Shown piece by piece: positions 11,140 to 29,500 of a DNA stretch of 64,000 nt (within the stretch, counting starts at the first letter, position 1; each line of letters opens with the position of its first letter). The translations under genes and the position numbers were made by a program. Below the pieces are notes generated by a model. That model did not search any database. It saw only the letters and a program-made list of their open reading frames with translations, and was not told where the DNA came from. This stretch comes from Vitrella brassicaformis CCMP3155 (lineage: Eukaryota; Protista; Chromerida): positions 62,001 to 126,000 of the forward strand of contig CDMY01000499.1 in the NCBI GenBank assembly GCA_001179505.1, in the 5' to 3' direction.

Positions 11140-13413
11140 ATGGCGCCTCTCACGAACCGCCGATGGGTGCTGGCGAGAGATGTGAAGGGAAAAACGACGG
11201 AAGGGGACTTCAGGTACACACACAGACACACACACACACACAGGGACGCACGGACATTCACATGAGTGTTGGTGCGGTGTTTGTGCATGCAGGCGCGCGG
11301 ACACTCGTGTGGACGATGCACAGCTGAAAGATGGCGAAGTTATGCTCAAACAGGTGCGCAGTGGATGGATGGATGGACACATTCATCGCCCTGTCTGTGT
11401 GTGCTCGTGTGTGTGTGTGTGTGTGTGTGTGCAGCTGCTCATCTCATTCGACCCCGCCCAACGGACTTGGCTGACGTACGTCCGCACACCCACTACACTC
11501 TCTCTCATACACGACTGTCTGTCTGTCTGTCTGTCTGTGTGTGTGTGTGTGTGTGTGTGGATGCGTGTGTGTGGATGCGTGTGTGTGGATGGGCAGGGAC
11601 AGCAGCTACGTCACCAAGATTAAAGTCGGCGAGGTCATGCGCGCCATTTCATTGTCGCGAGTGGTGGCATCCAAACACCCGGACTGGCAAGCTGGTAGTA
11701 CTCCAGCATGTCTGTGCGGGGGGTTGTGTGCACGTGTGTGTGTGTGTGCGGTGTGTTGATTGCAGGTGACTTGGTTCGGTGCCTGGGTGGGTGGCAGGAC
11801 TATCTGATTATCAGCCCCGATGAGGTCAAGAAGGCCGGTACGTCACGAGTGTGTCTGCAGTAAGGCTGCTTGCGTCGAGAGATACACGCACATCCACACG
11901 ACGTGTGTGTTGTGTGTGTGTGTGTGTGCGTGTGCATGGCAACCAGACGCCATCGCCGACCCGAAGGAGCGGCTCACGCGGCAGTCGGAGCGGCTTGCCA
12001 AAGTAGTGGTACGCATCCACACACACATGGCTTATGTGTGTGTGCCTGTCCTCAAACCGGTACGTCGATTCCACACGTGTATACGTGCAGCTGCCCCCCG
12101 GTGTCCCAATGGAGCTGGGCATTTCGCTGTTTGGTCCGTGAGCCAGTCAGTACCTTCACTCGTTTGTTTTTGTGTGCACACGTGTACCGATCTTCTGTGG
12201 CCTTGTACGGGTACACTTGTGCAGGTGTGACCGGCCTCACTGCCTACGTCGGCCTCGTCAAGGTGCGCACACACATCGATGCACAAGTGCCATGTATACT
12301 GCGCACATGTGCCTGCGTGTCTGTGTGCAGGTGGGTCGCGTCAAGGAAGGCCAGACGGTGCTTGTGTCAGCTGCTGCCGGGGCAACAGGCTCAGTCGTCG
12401 GTAACACACACACACGTATACATGGGCGCACACGTCCGTGTGATCGTCTCTACCCATGTGTGTGGTGTACAGGTCAGCTTGCCAAGGCGTATGGCGCCAA
12501 GACGGTGGTGGGCATCGCTGGCGGACCGGAGAAGTGCAAATTCCTCGTCGAGTACGCCCAACCACATGAATCGGGGCATGGCTGTGCGAATCCGCATGTG
12601 TGACACGTGCGTGTCTCTGCAGGACTCTTGGCTTTGATGCGGCGATAGACTACAAGAGCCAAGAGACAAAGAGGAAGGGGCTCAGGAGGTCGGTAGCTAA
12701 CACTGACACTGACACTCGGCCACATCAATGTGTGTACCTTTTTCATTTGTGCCGCCAGGTGCATAATGGAGAGGTGTCCCGAAGGCGTCGACCTGTTCTT
12801 CGACAACGTCGGCGGCGAAGTAAGTATACCGCATCACATCACATCACATCCCCACCCTCACAGATGCACAGATGTACACGTGGGCATCCCTGTCACCCTG
12901 TCACTTAGACCCTTGAGGCAGGCATATCGTGTCTGCGAGAGTTCGGCACCGTCGTGCTCTGTGGCGCTATCGGCGAATATCAGAAACCCAGCAAAGAGGT
13001 CAAGCATATTATCAAACCTTTCCCCCCAGCCATGTACGTGTGTCTGTCCACGTGTGCAGATCGCAGGCATCCGCAACTACTTTGAGCTGGTCAAGAAGTA
13101 AGTATCACACGACACCACGCCCAATGGTACGTGCAATGCATCCTTCTCGTCACGCAGATCGGCCCGAGTGGAGGGTTTTCTGGTGCCCCGTTTCGCCTCA
13201 AGCTTTGGCGAGGCTGTAGATGAGCTTGGCAGGCTCAGCAAATCGGTACATATGCCTTCGTACATAAAGAGATGCATCGCAGATGTGTGAATGGTCTTGC
13301 AGGGTCAGATCCACCAGGCGCACGACATCCAGGCGGGCTTTGAGAGCCTCCCCAAAACGTTCATACGGCTGTTCGAGGGAAGGAACACCGGGAAACTGCT
13401 CTGCAAGCTGTGA
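11140..13413 (+). CDS. PTGR1: NADPH-dependent alkenal/prostaglandin reductase (PTGR1/CurA-type, zinc-independent MDR family)
   Basis: Spliced motifs MAPLTNRRWVLAR, LLISFDPAQRTW, GVTGLTAYVGL, GQTVLVSAAAGATGSVVGQLAK, GIAGGPEKC, GFDAAIDYK, CPEGVDLFFDNVGGE, VVLCGAISEY and LFEGRNTGKLLCKL*. Confidence 0.95.
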
Positions 13414-14209
13414 TCCAACGGGCCTTCGGACAATCTGCTGCATCAAGGGGCCCTACCGAGACATTGTGTCGGCGTGTTTTTTGGCTTTTCATGAGACATG
13501 CATGACCGGATGAGAGAGACGGTTTTATTGGAGCAGACGAAAGAGATCTGCGGTGTGTCAGAGGGACTGTGAGGCTCTCAGTAGTTTTTCGTGCATTACA
13601 TGAAGGCAGCGAGTCTATCGCCGGGAAGAGGTGAGACCCGATTTGAGACTGCGATCGGGACCCCCAGGCGCCCCCAGGATGTTTCTCATCTCGCGTGTAG
13701 ATGGCTGATATGCATCGTCCCCCCGGCGCACCCGAGCTTGTCCCGGCCGCTCCCCGGCTCTCTGTTGTGCTGCTGCTTGTGGTGACTGTGTGTGCGATTC
13801 CTGTTCGTGGCGTGAAGTTCCATGAAGGTGAGCACACCACAGTCCGTGAAGGCGCAGCATCCTCATTCGGATGGTTGTTTGCATCGATTTCCCATCCATG
13901 TGTCATCGGCAGATAATGCCTTCCCCTTCCCCTTTCCCTCCTCGTTGATGCAACAGGTCAGTGAGGCAGGGACAGGCACATGCAGTGGACGGAGTGGGGA
14001 ATGCCGCAGGCTGAGTCAGACCTGTGTGTGCACTGTGCAAATGCCCTTTAATGATCATGCAGTATGCCCAAAGCTGGCAAAATGCGACCGGTGTCCTCCG
14101 ATCAGCATGTGAGTGTCCAGTGGCTGTGCACACCGATGGAGTGCTCTCTACTGTTCCTTGTATGCTCTCTTCTCAGCAGCGGTGCGGCACACCTATTCCG
14201 TCCGCCACC

Positions 14210-14742
14210 ATGAGCATAGCAGACACAAGAGGGCCTCAAGGGTATACACACACACACACACACACGCACACACACACAGAGAGAGAGAGAGAGGTTCCCA
14301 TATTCCATGGTCCGTCATGCGTATGCAGAATAGGCCTCCGTTGTCACCAAGAATGGAGACGGTGTATGGCTACGCGTCTGATGATGAGCCTACGGAAGAG
14401 CCCCCTACACGCAAGAGGCTCGACAAGAGCAAACTGGCCGTGTTCGAACAGAAGCCCGTTGAGACGGACAAGGAGATGCGGGAACGTATACGCAGAGAAA
14501 ACGCCGAGAGAAAACGGCAGAGCCAACAGAGGAAGGAACAGGAAGACGTGAGGCCTCCGGAACGATGGGTGCTCACTTCCCGACACACATGCATTCACAT
14601 TCACTTCACTGCAGGCTGCGAAGCAGCGTGCTGCGGAATTTAAGCTGAAAAAGGACAGCTTCGAAGCAGACAAGAAGGAGGCACAGAAAGTCACCACCAC
14701 CACCACTAGCGGGAAACAGCCAAGAGGTGCACACCTGCAGGG

Positions 14743-14774
<32 letters not shown>

Positions 14775-17550
14775 GCACAGACAGATATATTCGTGTTGAT
14801 GTGTGATTGGTCAGGACCCAAGCCGCCGATCAAGCCAAAGCCGACGGGCGCAACCAAGTCGACTGTGCCCAGGCCATCCCCCCCTCAGCGCGCAGTCCCT
14901 CCCAGAGTTATCAGGACGGAACTACCGGTCGGACCAAAAGATGGTAAGAACCGCGCCGCCCAGCAGAGACATGCAGACATACTGGCACACACAACACGTC
15001 AACACGGGTATGTCTCCTGCCATGTCTGTGTTCAGACGTGGATTCTGGGGAAGTATCTGTCCGCGAAAGGGCAAAGATGTGGGGCGAACAGAAACCAAAA
15101 ACACGTAGGCACAGATCGTGTATGTGCACTCGCACACGCACACACACACATACACCCACGTTCCCTACATGTCATCGTGTTCAGACGGGCGTCCCCAGGC
15201 TGCACAGCCTGCACGGCCTGCGAGCGCCTACACGCCCCCTGCAGAAGCAGAAGACGAGGACGAGTGGGAAACGGGGGGCGAAATCGAGCAACAAAGTACG
15301 TACGAATCACAGGCTGATGCCCACGTTCATTTGTCCACGGGCGCTGCGTCCACACACAGGGGGAGCTGTACCAGTGTCGAAGGAGGACAAGGAAGCCATC
15401 ATGGCTGGTCTCGCTAAGACCACGCATAAGACCACGCCACAGCAGAAGCAGATCGGGAAACGTGGGAAGGGTAGGACAGAGAGGGACACCCATCACATAG
15501 AGAGGAACTAATGCGTCTGGATGCAGTGGGTGCAGGTGCAGTCACCAAAGAGACCGAAGAGATGCCAGCGGCCCCTGGGCTCGGCAGGCCCGTGGGCAAG
15601 CTCAACAAGGAAGCTCTCAAGAATCTGGTGAACAAACAGGGCGTAATAAATTTCTGTGTCCCACATCCCACAACACGCAACACCGATAAACGTACACGCT
15701 CCATTGCCCGACGGATGGATGTGCGTCTCAGAATATTCCCCTGGGCCCACCTCCCAAAGATATCGGGAAGAAGAAGGCGAAGAAGGCGGAGCCCCCTGCT
15801 CCTCCTGCAGCGCCGCCTGCCGCCCCACCCGTCCAAGTCAAGCCTGGTACACACCAAGCCTTCCACGAACATACATACGTCATGTCACCTCGGGTGGTAT
15901 CCACCTTGTTTGCTCTTTTTGAGGTCAGGTCAGATCCCCCCTCCCCCTCCCCCTCCAATTGGTGGGCCCCTAGGCAAGCCGGGGGTTCCGCCTCCCCCTG
16001 GGCCTCCCCCTCCACCCCGTGGTGGTATTCCAGCCCCCCCAGGGCCCCCGCCACCTCCCCCGCCTCCTGGCGGCCCCCCAACACGTGCCGGAGGAGGAGG
16101 GCCACCAAAGGCACCTCCTGCCGAAGGGCGGGACGGAATGTTGGGTACGTGCCCGTCAAGAGACGTGAATTGGATACAGATACTTTCTGCATGCTGTTTA
16201 CTATGTGTTGAGCAGCTGCCATTAGGGCCCTGAAAAGAGAAGGCGTACCAAAGATACACGAAAAGAGTGAAAACATGTAGACAGACGGCTGGTGTGACTG
16301 CGTGCAGAGTGAAGACGAAGAGGCGGAGAAGCGGTCGCAAATGAAATTCACCGTGAGATACAGAAAGAGAAGAGACACATGTGTACACAGATACACAACC
16401 GGGTGACACGTGTATCAGTGTGTATGCCTTTCACGTGTGTAGGGTCCGCCCACCGTCAAAAAGAAGGTGGAGAAGAAAGAAGAAAAGGGACCTGAGAAGC
16501 AGGAAGACATGATGAAGGACCTGGAGAAGCAGCTCGAAGGGAACGACAGGCCAAAAATGTGACATAAAACTAAGACGGCTACACACAAACTCCCCCCCCC
16601 CCCCCNNNNNNNNNNNNNNNNNNNNNNNNNNNNNNNNNNNNNNNNNNNNNNNNNNNNNNNNNNNNNNNNNNNNNNNNNNNNNNNNNNNNNNNNNNNNNNN
16701 NNNNNNNNNNNNNNNNNNNNNNNNNNNNNNNNNNNNNNNNNNNNNNNNNNNNNNNNNNNNNNNNNNNNNNNNNNNNNNNNNNNNNNNNNNNNNNNNNNNN
16801 NNNNNNNNNNNNNNNNNNNNNNNNNNNNNNNNNNNNNNNNNNNNNNNNNNNNNNNNNNNNNNNNNNNNNNNNNNNNNNNNNNNNNNNNNNNNNNNNNNNN
16901 NNNNNCCCCCCCCCCCCCCCCCCCCCCAACGACCACTCTCTTTGGCACCTCTCACGCAGGCCGCGGAAGCTGCCAAAGAGAAAGGGGAAGAGGCGACAGG
17001 GGCTAAGCAGATGTCCCCTGAAGACATCGAAGCAGAAGAGAGGGCGAAACGCATCGCAGAACACAACGTGCGTACGTGAGGTGGCCATCGACTCACCATA
17101 ACATGCGCACACACATCTCCTTCACGTATGTCTGCAGAGGAAACATGCTGCCGAGATAGCCGAGAGGGAGGCGCGAAAGCGAAAGGAGAAGGAGGAAGAA
17201 GAGGCCAAGAAGCGGGTACATGTACACACATACAACAACAAACGCAGATACAGGAACACACATCAACCCTTCCAGCGATGTTCGCCCACGTGTGTGTGTG
17301 TGTGTGTGTGCGTGTGGTTCAGGAGATCCGTGCGAAGCAAGAGGCGAACCGTGACACCGTCACAGCATCGGATCGCTTCAAGCGCCTCCAGCAGCAACGG
17401 CAGCAGGATGAAGACGAAGACGAAGAGGAGGACGTGAGCACTCTGACAGACACAGAGAGGCATGATGACAGAGACACAGACATGCCTGCTCTCCTGTGGT
17501 GTGCGTCTGTGTGTGTGTTTCTGTGTCAGACGGACGATTGGGACGATTAG
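14210..17550 (+). CDS. Proline-rich protein with WH2-like motif and acidic Trp-containing C-terminus (WASP/SCAR-type VCA, putative Arp2/3 activator)
   Basis: Strong Kozak context (CCGCCACCATG) at 14210. Polyproline exon at about 15932-16145. GRDGML|AAIRALK is WH2-like, and DMMKDLEKQLE and AMFAH|EIRAKQ are central-like helices. Ends DEDEDEEED|TDDWDD*. Gap 16606-16905 lies inside the gene. Confidence 0.6.
16606..16905. other. Assembly gap (300 N) flanked by poly-C
   Basis: N run within the WASP-like gene. Confidence 1.
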
Positions 17551-18878
17551 GACTGACACTTTCGATGGGATGGATCCTTCGATGGAGACCGGTCATGAGC
17601 GGTGACAAATTGAATGCATATGAGGGAGTGAGAGTGTGTTCGTTGGTTGCAATTGGTTTGTCGGTCGATTCATGAATTAGATGATGATCAGCCTTTATTC
17701 ATAGTGCAACAAATACATACACACAAGGCATATGTGTCTCGACTGTACATGAACAGTAGCTGCTAAGGCCTCACTTCTATGACCTCACTTCCATGTGCAC
17801 TTGGGGATGGTCAATTCATCCTTGATTCATCCGCTGCCCACCAACAGCCTCCCTCTTTCGCTCCTTTCTGATGCAAGCTAATCTCGCCGACTCGAAAAAG
17901 CTCGCAAATACAGATTGTTGATTGTCGCAAAGCAGGGCAGGGGGAGGATCACATGTCCTCCTGCACAAGAGCGCTGACATCCGCTGGGCAGAGAACCTTC
18001 GCGAATCGCCATTTTTGACGATTTAAGAGACAGGCGCGTCACATGAGGAGCTGCATGGCCCACGGGAGCTTCTGAGGACAAAGGGGAACAACACGAACGA
18101 CAGCAAGTGAAGATCAGCCCCGCCTGCTTGTGAGAGATTAGCGCTGAGTCACTGACTTAGCGAAGCTGCACAGTGACACGTGTATTGCTCTGGGGCGTTG
18201 TGTGCGTGTCAGAGTGGGAGCACTCGGCTGAGTTAGGCGCCTTGTGGTCACCCTGGTACGCGCGAAGTCGTCTGTGCACAATCCACTGTGTGTGGTGTCA
18301 AATGTCTGTCCTCCTTGCCTTGTCAGGCGTCCCAGCCCTCCCCCTCTCTCCCATCTGCATCTCCTCTTTGTCGTTCTGCCACTGCTACTGCTGCTGGCGG
18401 TAGCTCCTCTCGCCTAGCTTTATCGCGGCCGCCCGAGCTGACCCTCAGCAGCCCACAACCACACACTGACGCACACAAGGCGGCTGTCAAAGAGGTCAGT
18501 GCGATCGACAGACAGATACACGGTCATGTGTGTGTGTGTTTCATTCAGTCGCCGTATCGGTCTTTGAGCGCAGCATCGACTGTGAGTGACTGCGCGTCGT
18601 CCGTCACCGTCTCACCAGTGATTAGCCAGGTGTGTAGCGTACCCATCACCCAGACACACACCCACAACCCCATACCGACTGTATCTGTCACTGTCACTGT
18701 GCATCACAACCACCACCACCACCGGCACCATCATCGCCATTGCCAGTCGGGCGACCCCTTGATCGACCTCGAGAGCAACAGACCTCCTCCCTCCTCCCCG
18801 TCCCCATCCGACTCATCTGCACCCTCTCAGGTCGCACCAGCCTTCACAGCTCTATCGGCGATCCGCGTCAACGGCACC

Positions 18879-25051
<6,173 letters not shown>

Positions 25052-26559
25052 CGGACACCACAGGTGTGCCTCCCTGCATGACGGATGCATCGATATGAGT
25101 GGATGTGTACTCACGGCCTCTATATAACTCTGCGCACGTGTACGTACGTATATACGCACATCAATCATCCATCGATTCATTGAATGCATTGATCCCCATC
25201 CAGCCGTGTGTGTCATGTACCGTACGTGTACATGGAGGAAGGAATAAGGCAATGAATGCAATGCAATGCAGACACGAAAAAGTGTGCGCATCAATTCGTA
25301 TCAGTAAAGGACAGAAATGGGAAAGGGGAGGGGAGGGATGCAGGAGGGGATGCACACAAGACAACCACCGACTGGAGCTCACGTACAGACGTACGTTGAC
25401 ATACTTGAGTGTGCTTTTTGGCCTACATGCGTCTGCTAGGGAGACAAACAACAAGTGCTATGCTGTGTATGTGACTGACAGAGTGAATTCACCGACCCAT
25501 CCCACCCCTCCCCCGTGTGTGTCTGCGTGCATGTGTGTGTGTGTGTGTGTGGCCCCCTATTGCAATGCATGTACTATGGTCTAGTGCCCCCTGAGTGTTT
25601 CTATTCATTCGGTGTCCATCCATCTGATTGCCTTCCTACAGTCATGTTTGTCAAGCCGACCGACTTTTGCATCCGTACGTACGTGTCTGTCTGATGTGCA
25701 ACTTGACTGACCGACCGATTGCAGTGTGCTCTTAACTAGATAGATGCTAATTGAATGAACCCTCTTTGCCAGTCCGTTGTCGCGCCTCCTGAATCTACGG
25801 TCTATTCTTCCTCTACTCCATTCTACGCATTCTACATCCACCGAATACACCATCGTACATGCACACGTGCAGCACTGGATGAGACGCCACAAGGGATGTC
25901 TGTAGTCTAGATAGCATGTCGTGCTGCCGCTATGCTCAGCAGGTACGTGCCGTCTTCTAGGAGGGGCATCGGCCGTATTACCTCTCTACCACACTGAGGA
26001 TGGAGTGTACAGGGCGGGCCAGTGTGTACCTCCCAGTCACCAGCGCCTGCAGTTTGGCCGCCAATCATTCATTCATTTTCTACAATTCTCAGCAGAGACA
26101 AATCATTCACTGCTACACCAATCATTCATTCTCTACAAATTATCTACAATTCGCTATACGAGGGGGCGTTTTACCGGGATATGGCTTGACCTTGGCTGCA
26201 ATCTGATTCCATCTTTCCTGCTGTGGCATACATCGCTATCCGCGCCACCATCCGCATCCACATCCATCGCAGCTCCACCGTCGATATAAGCAGCTGCCGT
26301 AGCAGAAGCAGGGACGCCAGCAGCACTGACGCGGTTGATGGACCAACACGTCTGCATCCATTAAATGGACAGAGACACATCTATACACTCAAGTTGCTAT
26401 ATGTCAGGGGACTGCGTGTTTGCATACCGCTCAGCGACAGGACATTTTGTCGGACTAGCCACACCCGTCCCAGCGATGCCGACATATGGGTGATCGTCGA
26501 TCTATGACAAACAACAGAGAAGTCCACCGGAATGAAATTCGATCAGTCAATTGGATCAG

Positions 26560-29500
26560 TCGTCATGTCTCACCAGTCTGAGACGCAGATACGTGGCCCC
26601 GATATGGTCTCTCTCTGACTCTCCCTCTCCCGGCCCTCAGCGTCGCGCATCTCTGCATCCACGGACGGGGCGGGGAGAGGCGAGGGGGCGTGCTCAGCTG
26701 TGCCGGCACGCGAGCGGGGGCCGGCGGGTCGGTGGAATGCCGGTGGGGGATGTGACGTAGCACCCGAAGCAGCAGCAGCACCAGCACCGCCATGACCACG
26801 TCCTTGGGCCTCCCGACGGCCACCTGAACCGCAGTGGACACAGACACATTACCCACGCACATTCACGCTTTCCCGGCCTCCTCGTGTGTACCGTTGAGGG
26901 CGAGCGCCTGGCGACGTTTGTGATGGCCGTGCGTCCACTCAAGATACAGTTGGAGGAACCGCAAATGCAATCTCTCTGACCGGCGAGAAGAAGATCCCTC
27001 TGCACGCTCTTGAGTGGTGGGCCTTGCGCGAAGGACGCTCTGCAAACCTGCTCCATATGCGTGGGCACCGTGTGTCGTTCCTCCCCTGCTGAACGTTCTG
27101 CTGTGGCGGCGGGCGAGACGCCCAATTGCGCCCGCCTGGCTGGTCGCCACACTATAGTCACAACCGCCTGAGACACACACACACACACACGTACTCATGT
27201 CACTCCACTCGATTATAATTTTCTTGGTAAAGAATCGGCCGGGTACTTGAGTGGTGGGCTTTCGTCATGTGGCGTGAACCCGATAGGGGGGTGTTTGTCG
27301 GCCCAGGGAAGGGTTGGCTTCTCGTCCCACTCCCAAAACGCCTTGCCGTCAGGGGTCTTGATATTGTGAATGCCCCCCCCGCGGCAAAGGATGAGAACCA
27401 GCCGCCTCAGCTGGCATGGCCAGCACGTCTTGGGGGAGGGAATAAACAACGGGCCAGAAGATGGCGTTCTCGTCGTTGTTGTGCTGCTCCATGAGCCGCT
27501 TCTTGCGGGCATGAAACTTGGGGCACTTCTTTGAGTGCCCCTCATCGAGACAATATGCAACCACCTCAGGGGTGTTGCAAGCCACCTGAGTCAACCGGAG
27601 GAGCATGGCATTGAGTGCTTCATGGTGAGGGACTCTCTGCAGACGGTGTACCGTGAAGGCGCCACTTGCATAGCAAGTGCAGCTAAACCTGCACCGGGGC
27701 GCTCCGAATGTATTAACCACAGAAGCGCCCGCACCTTTTGCAGCGCATCACCGGCCTGCAGCGATGACGTGCCCCATCTCCCTCCGCCATTTTGACCTCA
27801 ACTCAGTCGACTCGCACTTGTTCTTGTTGACCTCACCCTCGAACTCTGCGTTGTCCCGACGACGACAGTGAAACCGAATAGGGGTCGAACCAGTGTGCAC
27901 TGCTTTGTATACTTCCAGCATTCTTCGGTTCAAACAATGCTGAGACACCGGAATCTCACGCTGCAGAAAGACACAGACAGACCCAGACAAACAGACAAAA
28001 AGACAAACAAACAAACAAACAAACAGACAGGCCAAGAAACAAAGAGATGCCACAAGCCACCATCTGAAGGACTCGTCCCATCTCTTTGATTACCTTCTCG
28101 CGGTACTCAGTGTTGCCGTCAATACATTGCACCTCAAAGAGCATGACACGCTTCTTTCCCTGCACTCACACCCAAAAAAAATGGGGCGGAAATCGCCAGT
28201 GTACACACAAGCATACGACGATCATGTGTACATCAATCAATGTATTTGCGTCTCGTCGGACGGCTTATACGTTCGGTGTCTGGCGGGGCGAGCTCTTCCT
28301 CCTCCTCCTCGCGGATGACAGTCTCGGGGCTGCCTGCAGCGACCGAGTTGGGCGAATAGTTGTCTATCACAGCATGACTCGGTCTCTTGCACAGCCGCAG
28401 CAAGCCTTGATGAGGGCATTCAACGGGCGAACGCTAGCTTGCCAATCGTCTTGCCCTGCACACGGGAGAAGCAGCATGCAGCACAGAAAAGTGCAGACAG
28501 AAACCAGCTCCGTCCGTTTACCTGCGAAACTCGTCTTGTACACGCTCAGGGACGAGCCGAGCCGGTTCAAGGAATCCAGCAGGGCCCTCTCTAGCGTCTT
28601 GTCGTTCTGCAGATTGAGCCGCAGGGTTTCTGGAGGGACTCACCACGACGAGGACTTACTTTGTTGCTTACGTCAAGGGAGAGAAGTGATAGGGGTTCAC
28701 GAACGCGTCTACAAGTGAGCGCACCTTTGTCTCCTGCACACCTACGGAATGCACAGCTACGAAATGCATGCAGCTCGACGGGGAAAACCAACCTGCATGT
28801 TATGGTCACATCTGCACTTGCCAATCCAGTCTGACCATAAGATGTCTTTTGTTTTCTTACAGCGCTACACCAATGTACGTGGCTGCCGTGTTGTGGCCGT
28901 AGTGACAGAGACACAGAGACACAGCACGACCACAAGATGAAGGAGTCATGTGTCTTTCGTTTGTGTATCTCACCAAGAACGGCCGACATCCCTGCTGGGG
29001 GTGTATTGATAGCAGTTGCGGATGTCGACAGCCGTGTGAGGCAGGTCATTGTCATCCTCACCCAGCGAGATCTGCTCAATCATCACATTCCCACCGCGCG
29101 AAAGAAGGCCGTCCTCCCCCGTCACCGACACAATTTGGCTGATTTCGTCCATGTCGATCTTGGTCGGGTGGGGGAAGTGGCCGGTTGAGGAGAACTGCCA
29201 CACCTCGCACCGGTACTCGTTGACGTTGGACCATGTCGGCTGCCTGTTGATAGTCAAAGTGGTTGAACAAGCTGATGTTGTTGATGAATTCCTGAGTATA
29301 TCCGCGACACAGCTTGACGAATCGGTCAAACTGCGCGCCGTCTCTGCTGCGACTCGATCAACTGGCTCCGTCCTCTACGGGAAGAGAACAGCACAACACA
29401 CACCAGAAGACAGAGAATGGTGTCTCTTCCCAGCCCCGCATCGTCGAGAGTGCACAGCACCGGCTGGGGCCGTTTATTGGAGACACAAATTCCACGAACG

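Noticed and set aside
13430-14200. ORFs of 60-180 aa between PTGR1 and the WASP-like gene
   Set aside because: No recognisable motifs or splice-consistent structure. Probably UTR or promoter sequence.
26946-26969. CICGSSNC resembling a post-SET motif
   Set aside because: It lies about 3 kb from the SET8-like exon, SET8 enzymes lack post-SET, and an overlapping frame reads equally protein-like. It cannot be assigned.
27500-27680. FTVHRLQR...VAYCLDEGHS as a tyrosine-recombinase H-x-x-R...GH motif
   Set aside because: The motif and spacing fit poorly, and no catalytic Tyr or upstream Arg box was found.
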